Notes: a model not told the origin generated them from the letters alone. 59,214 nt of DNA from Sedimentisphaerales bacterium (GCA_049287505.1 JBAQFY010000352.1:1-59214), one strand, 5' to 3'. Counted from the stretch's first letter, positions 18,930-28,688 are shown. Numbers and translations are program-made.

Positions 18930-18975
18930 GGGCTGAGGTTTTTTAATTTCTCTCCTTTCCTCCTTGCCTCAGCCC
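18930..18975 (+). repeat. long-loop hairpin element, copy A
   Basis: gggctgagg (18930-18938), a 28-nt CU-rich loop (ttttttaatttctctcctttcctccttg), then cctcagccc (18967-18975), followed by attttttattt. Confidence 0.7.
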
Positions 18976-19159
18976 ATTTTTTATTTGATGCTCGGGTCCG
19001 GGGCCTTGATACCGCCGCCGGCGCTGAAAAACTCAGCTTTGACGAAAATTTTCTGGCTTTTCAAATGCAGCAACGGAGTATTGCCAAAAAGCTCAAGAAT
19101 GTTGTCTGTGAGGATTGTAAGCATAAAATTTTTTTCATTTATGCCAAAAATATATCTGT

Positions 19160-19215
19160 TTGACTAAAAATATTTTTATATTATAATTGACAAAATACAC
19201 GACAAAGGTTATTAT
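19160..19215 (+). promoter_or_regulatory. two tandem near-consensus sigma70-type promoters facing hairpin copy B
   Basis: TTGACT (19160-19165), 16 nt, TATAAT (19182-19187). Then TTGACA (19187-19192), 17 nt, TATTAT (19210-19215). There is no credible ORF downstream before the hairpin at 19357. Confidence 0.45.
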
Positions 19216-19356
19216 TAAATTGTTATCTGTTAATAAAGAGCTGTTTGGAATGTTTTGTCCGGCAGATGTTATTTTGTCAAATACGAACATTTTTTGACAA
19301 AAAGAGTATAGCTTTTCATAGAGGTTTCTGATATAGAGTGTATTTGAGCACATTCA

Positions 19357-19406
19357 CAGGGCTGAGGATATCTCGCTTTTTCCTCTCCCTCCGCACCTCA
19401 GCCCTG
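19357..19406 (+). repeat. long-loop hairpin element, copy B
   Basis: cagggctgagg (19357-19367), a 28-nt CU-rich loop (atatctcgctttttcctctccctccgca), then cctcagccctg (19396-19406). Same stem sequence and identical loop length as copy A. Confidence 0.7.
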
Positions 19407-19611
19407 TTTCCTCCTTTATCCGCTCAGTCCAGCCGAGGTTTTTCTATCTAGCGTTTCCTGCTGAAACTGTTTGCAATATCGGGCAAAAGCATTACTGCCT
19501 TAAGCTAATTTTCAGCAAATTTCTACATAAATTAAGGTATGATTTACTTGATGTTTTCTACTGGAGGATATTGCTCTTAATACCGCTTAATTATGATTGG
19601 AATATAAAAAG

Positions 19612-20151
19612 TTAAAGAAGGCCTCTATCTTGAATAGAGTCTATCTGACCTATGTGGGTCCATTTCTCACGGTAATTCTTTGTATATTGTGGTTTCATAT
19701 CTCGTGGGAAACCGATTTTTTCCAAAACCTCCTCCAAGGAAATACCTTGCTGACCTAATCCCAATAAACCAAGCACTCTAAAAACTGCTTTATCGGCTGC
19801 ACATACATGCCAATTCTCTGAAGAATTGTACAAAAAAGCTAATGTTTCTTTTTCGCCAAGGTCAATAATGGCTTTGTATAAAAGGTCAAACTTGTCATAA
19901 AAAGTTTTTATCACTGATAGATCCACATCAACAATCTTGACAAGACCTTGGTTTTCAGCGGACTCGATATCTATTCGAATATCTTCAAATTCATGGCTTG
20001 CATATTTAGCTTCGATAGCTACAGTTCTTGTAATTGCAACATAGCACCTTTGGATAAAAGTATCCCAAATACCTAATTTACAAAGCTCGATAATTGGCCC
20101 TGCAACAAGCAACAGAAATTGAAATCTTTTCGTCCGTGAAATCCTCGTCAT
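19612..20151 (-). CDS. PIN-like (COG2405/DUF3368-type?) protein, partner of the XRE-ImmA gene
   Basis: LLLVAGPIIELCKLGIWDTF and VCAADKAVFRVLGLLGL resemble the first and last strands of PIN-like domains. The usual first Asp appears to be replaced. It overlaps the upstream gene by 35-74 nt depending on start (ATG 20151 or TTG 20112). Confidence 0.35.
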   Translation of the reverse strand: MTRISRTKRFQFLLLVAGPIIELCKLGIWDTFIQRCYVAITRTVAIEAKYASHEFEDIRIDIESAENQGLVKIVDVDLSVIKTFYDKFDLLYKAIIDLGEKETLAFLYNSSENWHVCAADKAVFRVLGLLGLGQQGISLEEVLEKIGFPRDMKPQYTKNYREKWTHIGQIDSIQDRGLL

Positions 20152-21205
20152 CCGTGAGATATTCCTCAGCTTTTCTGTAACTGATACCCATGTACTTTGC
20201 GAACTGCATCAAAGACAGTTTTCCTTCTCTCAAAGCGCGTAAAGCCAAATCGCAGTATCTCTCCGGCAGTTTGTTTGGTTCGTATGACTGTCTTGGCTTG
20301 AGGAACTTCATATACTTTTCGGCAGCGTTGCTATACCTTTCGGTCTCTTCTTTTCTAAAACTGAATACAGTAGCTATGCGATAAATTAGAGCCATCAAGG
20401 ACACATCGAATTCTCTTGCAATGTCGTCCAACTGGTCAAGGCTTATTCGACCTTCATTATCTACTTTTTCCTTAACTCTGTCTTTAATAGATTCTTCCGG
20501 CATCAGAAGCCGACTTGCGAATGCGTTGGCGAGTTTATTCTCATGTTCGCTCTCAGCCTTGCTTTGGGGTCTGAAAATATTCCACGTCAAAAGGTGAAAC
20601 ATCTCATGAGCAAGATCGTAGCTCCGCCGCCATTGCTTATTTTTCGCGTTAAGAAGGATAGACGGACCGAATTCTTCTGATATTGTTGATATGGCGCTTC
20701 CTGGAAAATTCAGATAGAATATCTTTATATAGTACATCTCCTCTAATATTTGCTTAAGTGACGCGATAGGGACATCGCCAAGGCGAAACTTTTCTTGCAC
20801 TTCCTTTGCAAATAGCTCCGCTTGGTCATAATCAAATCTTTCAGATTCTGTAATATCAGGAACTGGTAATTTAGGCTTTTTCACTTCGTCCATGAGTACC
20901 TCAATGTCCCGGTACTGCTGGCAAAGTTGATAGAATTTTCCCTCTGTTTCTTTTGTTTCTTCTTCACTTTGTGGTTTCTCACGCCAAAGCATAACTCTTT
21001 CAATAGTTGGTGTGTCGGTTAAGAAGAACTCTATCTTTTTTTTGTAGATATCAGCCAATTTGCTGAGTTGCGAAAATTTTGGCTCTCTTGTGTTGTGTTC
21101 AAATGCATGGATAGAGGTCGTGCATATTCCGCTCAGCTGTGAAGCTTTCTCCAGTGTGTAACCAATGGCTTTTCTTGCAATTCTTAATCTTTCGCCGATA
21201 TTCAC
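20078..21205 (-). CDS. XRE-family HTH fused to an ImmA/IrrE (COG2856) metallopeptidase domain
   Basis: N-terminal IGERLRIARKAIGYTLEKASQLSGICTTSIHAFEHNTREP (HTH_XRE). HEXXH zinc motif in YDLAHEMFHLLTW. Confidence 0.85.
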   Translation of the reverse strand: MNIGERLRIARKAIGYTLEKASQLSGICTTSIHAFEHNTREPKFSQLSKLADIYKKKIEFFLTDTPTIERVMLWREKPQSEEETKETEGKFYQLCQQYRDIEVLMDEVKKPKLPVPDITESERFDYDQAELFAKEVQEKFRLGDVPIASLKQILEEMYYIKIFYLNFPGSAISTISEEFGPSILLNAKNKQWRRSYDLAHEMFHLLTWNIFRPQSKAESEHENKLANAFASRLLMPEESIKDRVKEKVDNEGRISLDQLDDIAREFDVSLMALIYRIATVFSFRKEETERYSNAAEKYMKFLKPRQSYEPNKLPERYCDLALRALREGKLSLMQFAKYMGISYRKAEEYLTDDEDFTDEKISISVACCRANYRAL

Positions 21206-21351
21206 TTAACACCTCCTTTTTCTGCTTTCCGGAATATTATACCATATAATTCGGCTAAAAGTGCTGGATTTATTCTGAAAAAAAGAAATTTTCTATATTT
21301 TCTTAAATATTTCCGGGATTTTCCTACTTATTTCAACGAATACTTATGTAT

Positions 21352-22860
21352 TTAATATCGTCTGGTTGTGGTTTTTATGGGGCGGTTATAGTTTACGAAG
21401 AAGTATCGCAGGGCATCGATGGGATGGTCGTATAGGCCGTCTTTGAGCGGTAGTTCGGCGGCACTGCCGGACTGGGGATAATGATAGCACTGCATCGCCT
21501 CTATCAGGCGCTGACATCTCGGCGAGATTATAAGCGTGCTCTGGCCATCGCCGGAGCGGATCGCCCGTCGGATAAGCTCAATGCCCTCCAGAATCCCACT
21601 TCGTCTGAATCGCACCATTATTCCCAGCGTCCGCAGCTCTCGAACGACACTCGTGCCGGTAACATCATTTACACCTGCGCCTGCCGGGTCGCAAAATGTA
21701 GCCGCAACCTGCTCTTCGGAAACCGGCGTTCGGCTTTTTATCTCGCCGGCGTGCACATCAATGGTAGCTCTGCTGCGAATGTATTCATCTATCACGCGGA
21801 CAACGCCGAGGGTATCCACTTGAATCCACAAACACACAAAAGGATTTACAAATCCAAAATCAAGTGCGCGGTAAAGAGGAATATTGGGGTCGTAATCAAC
21901 AGGTTGAACATGTATAACCGGGTCGAACTCACTAAAAACTACATTCTCCAACGAAGGTCTTTTGCAGAGCATCTCGGCCTCCCATCCTGCCCTGCTGGCC
22001 CGGCGCATTTGCGTTATGCAATCATCAATTTTCAGATAACCATTTGCTATTTTAGCTTTACCCTGACAGTCATCCAATAAAGGACACCGTGAGCAGCTTC
22101 TGTCGGTGCACTTTTCAATCACCTCCCATATACACCATTTGAAGATGGGCGTGCCGAACTGCGGCGCAGAGGAAACTACTTTTTGCATTAAGCCGTAAGG
22201 CCGATGCATTGTGCTGATTAGCTCCATAGCTGCTGTGAGGTTTGCAGTGCTTTGTGTGGTGAACTTGGCGGCGGCGAAGACGTCCTCATCGAAAAGCTCA
22301 AGCTCATCACAACGAAGTTTTTGAATGTGCTGGCCGCGGACACTGGTCGGCGATTGTGTCAGGACTTCTACGGCCGAACCGTTAGTAAAGCGGCATTTTG
22401 CTTTGAGGACGGGACCAGCTAAAAACTGCTCGAATCCGTTGTGTAGAAAGCCGGTCAGATATTCGTACATTCTGCCGGCCTGCTCACCTGAACCACCAAG
22501 TATTCTGACCTGACAGTTCGGTTTAAAGATGCAGTCCAGAAGTGTAGCGACGGCGGCCAGCTCGGTTTTGCCGCCGGCACGGTTGGCCCAGATAATACAG
22601 TCGGCGTTTTTCGTCGCTCGTCGCTTGTCGCTTGCGGCTCGCATCTCGGGAAAATCTGCCGAGAAGCTATGCCAGAGATAATCTATTGGGCTGTTATGGT
22701 CAGGGCAGATTTTCCTGTTGGGGACGTCGATGCCGAGAAAGACTTTGACATAATTTTTAAGGTCCCGCCTTGTGTTCGGTCGAGTTTGCCGAAGCACAGC
22801 GTAAATGTGAGCTGCCTTTTCGATGTCGCTGGAAGCTTTAGAAAAAGTCAATTGTATCAT
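21352..22860 (-). CDS. terL: phage terminase large subunit
   Basis: Walker A-like NRAGGKTELAAV, Walker B LRCDELELFD, and the C-terminal nuclease-domain signature HPIDALRYFF. Confidence 0.85.
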   Translation of the reverse strand: MIQLTFSKASSDIEKAAHIYAVLRQTRPNTRRDLKNYVKVFLGIDVPNRKICPDHNSPIDYLWHSFSADFPEMRAASDKRRATKNADCIIWANRAGGKTELAAVATLLDCIFKPNCQVRILGGSGEQAGRMYEYLTGFLHNGFEQFLAGPVLKAKCRFTNGSAVEVLTQSPTSVRGQHIQKLRCDELELFDEDVFAAAKFTTQSTANLTAAMELISTMHRPYGLMQKVVSSAPQFGTPIFKWCIWEVIEKCTDRSCSRCPLLDDCQGKAKIANGYLKIDDCITQMRRASRAGWEAEMLCKRPSLENVVFSEFDPVIHVQPVDYDPNIPLYRALDFGFVNPFVCLWIQVDTLGVVRVIDEYIRSRATIDVHAGEIKSRTPVSEEQVAATFCDPAGAGVNDVTGTSVVRELRTLGIMVRFRRSGILEGIELIRRAIRSGDGQSTLIISPRCQRLIEAMQCYHYPQSGSAAELPLKDGLYDHPIDALRYFFVNYNRPIKTTTRRY

Positions 22861-22961
22861 TATTGTACCCCCTGATTTGAATTGTCGGTTACAAGCGGAG
22901 CGCAGGACACACGTTCATAAATATCCCTTCACCCATGTGTATCTGTTCTTTTTTGCTGTGC

Positions 22962-25900
22962 TTACGGCTCGACTGAGCTTGCCAAAGTCTGCACCAGCAT
23001 GTGATGTTCGATGCCCGGCCTTAGATGTATCGTAATGCCTTCCTGCAATTGCATAGCTGTATATATTTTTTTAGAATTGTATGTCAGGTCGTGAACGGCA
23101 TAGCTTCTTTCGCTTTTAGCCGTGAACCATTCGGGAAACTGATTGATTCTCGGCCAGTCAAGCGGCATCTTCATAATCGTTTGATGACGCGGGCTGTCAA
23201 AGATAATTTTTCCTTTCCAGTCTCTCTTGGCGCTGATAGAAATTTTGAGGGCATCGCCATCCTGGACGGCTCCCAAAATGACATCCTCCCGCCAGGGGCT
23301 GATAGTCAGGCCTTGAGTTTTCCAGAGACAGTACATAATCGTAGTTCTGGCGAAGTTGCCGTCGCCGTGCCATCCTTCAATGATACCATCGTGTTTTTGT
23401 ATGTTCCACATAACCTTTATTTCGCCGTCCATCCATTGAGCGGCCGAGTCAATAGGTTCACGATTGTAAAGGTTAATGGCACTTTCAATAGAATCCGCAT
23501 AGTCGTCGGAGCCTCCCCACTTATAATCCCTGTAGCTGTAATAGTTATTCAGGTTGATAAGCGCTTTTCGGACGGCCTGGCGGTATTCCTCGGTCTTGTC
23601 TATGAGATACACTGTGTAAAAACCATTGAGGTTATAACCCCAGGTATCAGTTAGACCTTTATCGTGCCAGCCGGTTTTGGGATTGATGGAATTGTAGAAC
23701 AGGCCGTGCTCGTTTAGGCCGACCTGAAGGATGCGGTCGAGCATTTCGTGAAGGGGTTGTAGGTAGTTTCTCTTTTTGGCCGGCATTGCAAAACTAACCG
23801 TCGCATACAACTCACACAGGCCTGAGACAATTTCACAGCCGTGGTCGCGCAGCATGAGGCTGCTTTCGTCCCTTGTTGGGTGGTGTCTGTCCAACAAATA
23901 ATAGTCCCCAAGCCGGATGGCCCAATATAGATATTTCTTCTCGCCTGTCATCCAGTAGATTCGGGATAATGTCTGGAGCATTTCGCCATTGATTTCCTGG
24001 CTTCGAGAGGGGATTTTTCCGTAACTTGTTTCAACAGGTGCATACTTCCACAAGTCGTCAAGTATGTTTAGCAACCTTTGAGACCAGGGGCTTGGGCCGA
24101 GAAATTCAGTGAGCGGCAGCAGGCCGTCTTTGATATATTCCGATGAGCCAAAGATGATACGAGGCATATCGGGTTGTTGATAGAGGAAACCCTCCTTGGA
24201 AAAAGAGTATGTATCGGGCAGACTGTCGATACGGGATGTAAGTATGGTTTCGGCCCGAAGCATATCGAGCATTCGGCCTTGGAAAAGAGACGGGTCGGTA
24301 ATGGCTGCGGTAAGGACCATAAATGGGTAATTGTCAGCGGCGCTGTCCTCGGCGTTCCAGATGTCCTTGTCCCGGTCTAAGTTTCTGGGAATGAGTAGGG
24401 TTTTAGGGTCAGCCTGCTGGAGCCAGCCCTTGACGAAGTTTTGGCATCTAATGTAACCTTCATTGGCGAGCCGGCCGTTCTCTGCGGCCTGCTTATAGGC
24501 CTCATCGTCTGTTTCGTTGAGCTTTCCGACGCCGCGTCTTGCTAATTGTTTGAGCTTGGATAAATGGTTCTGATAAATGCCGCGCGGGTCAGTGTCGTAC
24601 TTTTTACAGAGCGAGGCAGCCATACCGATAAGCTCGCCCATCATACCACAGGTTCGCATGACGCGGACCGTACCTAATGCCACGTGGGTAACGCTGATAC
24701 AGCGGCCGGCCATCATCAAGTTTCCGATATTGCGCGAATACAGGCAGCGGTAGGGTATCGGATACGGTTTGATTTCCGGATGTATGTAGGTGGTACGGAA
24801 TTCTTCGCCAGGGAAATATTTGGAGTTTTTCGGGTCAGGGTAGTGCAGGTCTATCGACCAGGTGCTGGTTACAAAGGAGTCAGGGAATCTCTTTCGTCCC
24901 CGGATATCCTGCTGCTGCAGTATTACATCCCCGAGCAATCGTCGCGATTCACGTTTGCCAGCGATGTAAGCCACCCAATCGAGGTTTAGTTTTGTGTATT
25001 TGTCTTTATTGTGACTTTGGTTTTTCTGAAAGGCCCAGTTGCCATAAATGGCCCGAAGGGAGTAATCGCGGATATACTCAAATTCGGTAATCTGGTCACG
25101 GTTCAGTCCTGTTTCCCAGTTCCAGTCTCCCCTGGTGGCGTGCTGGCAGCTTTCCTCAGTGAACTGCAAAGCCCAAGGGCAATCCGGGAAGCTTGTCGGA
25201 TGTTCGGTTTGTGCTGAATACCACATTACGGACGCACCCATAGTCATCTTGTCGGGCTTTTCCGGCGCCATAGATTCGCCGGTCTGTTCTTTGCTTTCAC
25301 TTCCCATACGATAATCGGCGCCGGCCAGATAACCGATGGCGCCATCGCCGGTGCAATCTGCAAACAAAGGCGCAGGGAAGCGTAACTCGCTGCCATTTAT
25401 TATGTGTTTGGCAACGACTGCAACGATGCGGTCGTCCTGGATTTGAACATTGAACACGTGCATATTAAGAAACAGATGAATATTTTTCTCCGCCTGTACG
25501 ACGCGGAGCTTCCTGTCGTCGTCATAGAACGAAGGCGGCCTTGCATTTCCCTGGTATCCGGAGTCGAGCTCCCTGACGATGTTGCCTAAGGCTGGATAAG
25601 GTGGAAGGTTAATATCGCCTCCGAGATGGACGCGGACTTCCGAGCTGTTGTTACCGCCCAGCAGGGGGCGGTTCTGTATCAGCGCTACCTGCAGGCCGAG
25701 CCTTGCCCCCGAGACGGCTGTGCAGGTTCCTGCTATTCCGCCGCCAACCACGACCAGGTCAAAATCGCCGGCATCTTTCGGCACATCAGGTAAGCCTAAT
25801 GCTTTTCGACGAAAGCCAGCCATTTGTTCGCCTTCATTTGGAGGAGTAAAGCTGGTCTCGGTAGTGAAGACAATCGCATCGCATCGGCCCTCAAAACCGG

Positions 25901-26336
25901 TCAAATCTTGCAGTGCAATAATGGTCTGCTGATTGGCTATCCTGACAGTCCCACCTGACTGCCAGTGCCAGTTTGCCCCCTCAGTGCCAAAGATGGTTTT
26001 GAGCGGTACATCATCGACGAGCAGTTGAAATCTGCCCGGAGCGCCCGGTGCCTTCCAGGGTGCTACCCAATCGTGCGTGCGCACCCATACGCGGTACGTT
26101 CCGGCTGCCGGAAACGATACTGCCGTTGTGGCATCTTTGACCGGCTGACCTAAGCCGTGAGCTAAAAGGTACGGCGAGCCCATCTGGTCCATAAATTGCT
26201 GGTCAACGACCCAGCCACCGAGGTCTCTAAAGGCCTCAGCTTCAATAAGTATAGTATGTGCCTCGGCTAAAGAGGCCAACGACATCAGTAAAGTTACAAA
26301 TATCAGCGTGCTGAAAATAGAGATTCTATTTTTCAT
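22962..26336 (-). CDS. secreted FAD-dependent oxidoreductase (PF12831-like) with a large C-terminal alpha-helical domain
   Basis: Signal peptide MKNRISIFSTLIFVTLLMSLASLAEA. Dinucleotide-binding motif DLVVVGGGIAGTCTAVSGARLGLQVALIQNRPLLGGNNSSEV. Confidence 0.75.
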   Translation of the reverse strand: MKNRISIFSTLIFVTLLMSLASLAEAHTILIEAEAFRDLGGWVVDQQFMDQMGSPYLLAHGLGQPVKDATTAVSFPAAGTYRVWVRTHDWVAPWKAPGAPGRFQLLVDDVPLKTIFGTEGANWHWQSGGTVRIANQQTIIALQDLTGFEGRCDAIVFTTETSFTPPNEGEQMAGFRRKALGLPDVPKDAGDFDLVVVGGGIAGTCTAVSGARLGLQVALIQNRPLLGGNNSSEVRVHLGGDINLPPYPALGNIVRELDSGYQGNARPPSFYDDDRKLRVVQAEKNIHLFLNMHVFNVQIQDDRIVAVVAKHIINGSELRFPAPLFADCTGDGAIGYLAGADYRMGSESKEQTGESMAPEKPDKMTMGASVMWYSAQTEHPTSFPDCPWALQFTEESCQHATRGDWNWETGLNRDQITEFEYIRDYSLRAIYGNWAFQKNQSHNKDKYTKLNLDWVAYIAGKRESRRLLGDVILQQQDIRGRKRFPDSFVTSTWSIDLHYPDPKNSKYFPGEEFRTTYIHPEIKPYPIPYRCLYSRNIGNLMMAGRCISVTHVALGTVRVMRTCGMMGELIGMAASLCKKYDTDPRGIYQNHLSKLKQLARRGVGKLNETDDEAYKQAAENGRLANEGYIRCQNFVKGWLQQADPKTLLIPRNLDRDKDIWNAEDSAADNYPFMVLTAAITDPSLFQGRMLDMLRAETILTSRIDSLPDTYSFSKEGFLYQQPDMPRIIFGSSEYIKDGLLPLTEFLGPSPWSQRLLNILDDLWKYAPVETSYGKIPSRSQEINGEMLQTLSRIYWMTGEKKYLYWAIRLGDYYLLDRHHPTRDESSLMLRDHGCEIVSGLCELYATVSFAMPAKKRNYLQPLHEMLDRILQVGLNEHGLFYNSINPKTGWHDKGLTDTWGYNLNGFYTVYLIDKTEEYRQAVRKALINLNNYYSYRDYKWGGSDDYADSIESAINLYNREPIDSAAQWMDGEIKVMWNIQKHDGIIEGWHGDGNFARTTIMYCLWKTQGLTISPWREDVILGAVQDGDALKISISAKRDWKGKIIFDSPRHQTIMKMPLDWPRINQFPEWFTAKSERSYAVHDLTYNSKKIYTAMQLQEGITIHLRPGIEHHMLVQTLASSVEP

Positions 26337-26479
26337 TTTTTACGTTCTCTCCTGTATTAACGACACCATTGTACATACGGCATTGTTTATCGGTCAGATG
26401 TTCTATTGAGTTAACCTTTTGAGCGCAGCGAAGAGCTCGGGGTGACAGTTTAAAGCCCCATATTCACTTTTCAGCATTG

Positions 26480-27895
26480 CTAAGAGCCGTTTAGTTCGAC
26501 CGGATATTTCTGCCAGGGAACAGCGCCTGTTTCAATAATATGATTGCGCAGAGCGGCAAAGAGATTTCGATACATTCTGTGCTTTTTGTCCAGGGGATGC
26601 TGCTCCTGCGGGTCGTCCTTGAGGTTATAAAGCTGCATCGGTTCAAAAGGACTATTCTGGACGAGCTTGTAATCGCCATAGCGTGCAGCGTAATAGGCTC
26701 GTCCGCCATAATTGCCTCCTTCACGACGCACCCAGAACAGGAAGCGGTCTTCGGTGGGCTGGTCCTTAGCGAGCAGCGTCTGCAGGATGCTTCGGCCATC
26801 AATCTTGTGGGTTATATCAGCGTCCGCTACCTCGCAAATAGTCGGAAACAGGTCCATAGTGAGGGCGAGGCGATTGCTTTGTGAGCCGGGTTTTATTCTG
26901 TTCGGCCAGACGGCGCACATTGGCACGCGGATGCCACCTTCATACATATCCTGCTTACCTGCTCTTAAAGGCCCGTTGTTAGCTCCAACATTAAGCTGGC
27001 CGCCGTTGTCGGAAGTGAAGATAACGAGGGTGTTGTTACTTAGGCCGGACTGTTTTAAAGCGGTAATCACTTTGCCGATACCATCGTCGAGATGTTCGAT
27101 TAGTGCAACGAGCTGTGCGCGTTTGTCACCGATGTTGGGCTGGCGGTTCCTGATGCGCTGGAGCCAGTCATCCGGTGGCTGGATTGGTGTGTGCGGGGCG
27201 TTATAGGCAAGGTACAAAAAGAACAGCTCTTTCAAGTTGGAACGCTGGTGAATGTAATCTATCGCCCACTGCGAGAACAAATCGGTAGCATGACCTTTCG
27301 GGTCGATTTCTTTATCGTTGCGGCGCATATAGTTATTGCCGTGGCGACGATGGTTGTAGTAGTCGTCCATCATATCACCGAGGAAGCCATGGAAGTAGTC
27401 GAAGCCTCTTTCGTTAGGTGTATTTGGCGATTCCAGGCCGAGGTGCCACTTACCAATGATTACGGTGTGATAGCCGGCTGGTTTAAGCAGCTTCGGCAAC
27501 AGTACCGCCTGCGGAGCAATATACCCCCAGTTATTTGTCAGGTTTGTACGGATAACGCCCGGGACGCCGACAAGGTCGGGGTATCTGCCACTCAAGAGCG
27601 ATGCGCGTGTCGGTGAGCAGACAGGACAGTTGGCGTAAAAGTTATTGAACCGCATACCGGATGCAACGAGCTTGTCAATGTTGGGGGTTTTCATATCCTT
27701 TGCGCCGTAGCTCGACAGGTCGCCGTAACCGAGGTCATCAACAAGAATCATAAGTATATTCGGCCTGCTAATTGCTGTTTTTTCTCTGGCCAGCGCACAG
27801 CGGGAGATTGTGAACGATGCCGCTGTTGTATAGATGGCTTTTAGAAAAACCCGGCGATTTAGCTGATAATTGCATGTGTAGTCGGGTTTGTTCAT
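26480..27895 (-). CDS. arylsulfatase (formylglycine-dependent sulfatase family), TAT signal
   Basis: CPVCSPTRASLLSGR (C-x-P-x-R) and LVDDLGYGDLS. I move the start to ATG 27895 (MNKPDYTCNYQLNRRVFLK, GGAG 8 nt upstream). The ORF-track N-terminal extension would overlap the next gene. Confidence 0.9.
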   Translation of the reverse strand: MNKPDYTCNYQLNRRVFLKAIYTTAASFTISRCALAREKTAISRPNILMILVDDLGYGDLSSYGAKDMKTPNIDKLVASGMRFNNFYANCPVCSPTRASLLSGRYPDLVGVPGVIRTNLTNNWGYIAPQAVLLPKLLKPAGYHTVIIGKWHLGLESPNTPNERGFDYFHGFLGDMMDDYYNHRRHGNNYMRRNDKEIDPKGHATDLFSQWAIDYIHQRSNLKELFFLYLAYNAPHTPIQPPDDWLQRIRNRQPNIGDKRAQLVALIEHLDDGIGKVITALKQSGLSNNTLVIFTSDNGGQLNVGANNGPLRAGKQDMYEGGIRVPMCAVWPNRIKPGSQSNRLALTMDLFPTICEVADADITHKIDGRSILQTLLAKDQPTEDRFLFWVRREGGNYGGRAYYAARYGDYKLVQNSPFEPMQLYNLKDDPQEQHPLDKKHRMYRNLFAALRNHIIETGAVPWQKYPVELNGS

Positions 27896-27947
27896 ATTTT
27901 CTGCTCCTATCTTGCTGATATACCTGCTGGTAGATAACAAAGGACAT

Positions 27948-28011
27948 CTTATTATACTTTCGTATAACTTGCGAATTCTTATTATACTTTTTGGCGGAAA
28001 AGTATAATAAG
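27948..28011. repeat. 13-mer CTTATTATACTTT in three copies (two direct, one inverted, forming a 13-bp hairpin)
   Basis: Copies at 27948-27960, 27978-27990 and, inverted (aaagtataataag), at 27999-28011. The 8-nt loop is ttggcgga. It lies between the TOPRIM gene stop and the sulfatase start. Confidence 0.8.
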
Positions 28012-28020
28012 ACCGACAGC

Positions 28021-28683
28021 TCAACTGTCTTTGCGGTTTCTTGCAAGGAAAAAGTGATTTGTCAAATCATCCGCTTGCGATTGTATAAGCTCGATCCCTT
28101 GGCGAAGCTCTTTACAGTTAGAAACGATTTTGCCGGTATCAAGATGATTTATGAAGTTCCCAGCTTTCTTGCCTTTAGTATAAGTTTTGCCATACCTTTC
28201 AAACAATCTTTGTAAATGCCGATAGCCGAACTTCTCGGGTGGCCTAAAAGCTTTTGGATTCCTTTGGGATCTTGGAACTTTTATGTATTCGTATATTCCT
28301 TCGATGTCGTATAAGAACCATGATTCTATTTGTTGTGTTGCTCTGATAAGGTTAATGCTCAAAATGTTCTTTATATTTTCATCTTTCACGTACTTTCTGA
28401 TTTTCTTGATATCAAACTCAGGAACTTGACCATACCTTGAGTCTCTATCAAAACAACAGTATACTCTAATTTTCTCATCTCTGTGTAGTTGAACATAATC
28501 CACAATGCTGTTGATAACCTTTTTGTTTATGTTATATACGCCTTGGAGATTTTGTATTGTTGTTCGACATTCCTTTATAAAACTATTCTTAATTCGCTTA
28601 TAGAAAAACATGTCTGTATCACCTTCAACAAGTAAAAGCGATATTGGTTTTTTGGCAAGATTGCTCTGAGCCTCCCTAACCAT
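28021..28683 (-). CDS. TOPRIM-type nuclease-like protein (RloB / DUF4276 / DUF4435-like)
   Basis: ISLLLVEGDTDMFFYKRI (TOPRIM Glu) and VYCCFDRDSRY (DxD). 220 aa, AT-rich, 5 nt downstream of the ATPase gene. Confidence 0.6.
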   Translation of the reverse strand: MVREAQSNLAKKPISLLLVEGDTDMFFYKRIKNSFIKECRTTIQNLQGVYNINKKVINSIVDYVQLHRDEKIRVYCCFDRDSRYGQVPEFDIKKIRKYVKDENIKNILSINLIRATQQIESWFLYDIEGIYEYIKVPRSQRNPKAFRPPEKFGYRHLQRLFERYGKTYTKGKKAGNFINHLDTGKIVSNCKELRQGIELIQSQADDLTNHFFLARNRKDS

Positions 28684-28688
28684 GGAAT

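Noticed and set aside
18783-19353. ORF-track entries 18783-19163 (+), 18964-19167 (+) and 19135-19353 (-) as possible small genes in the junction region.
   Set aside because: Their composition is AT-rich and low-complexity. They have no RBS, run straight through the hairpin and promoter elements, and yield products with no motif.
21227-21316. The inverted pair ccggaatatt / aatatttccgg upstream of the XRE-ImmA gene, as a possible operator.
   Set aside because: It is only ~10 bp with a 1-nt indel in an AT-rich region, which is too weak to call without binding data.
27896-28024. The 43-codon N-terminal extension of the sulfatase ORF (start 28024).
   Set aside because: It would overlap the stop of the TOPRIM gene and precede the twin-arginine signal. 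The internal ATG at 27895 has a GGAG RBS and gives a normal TAT leader.
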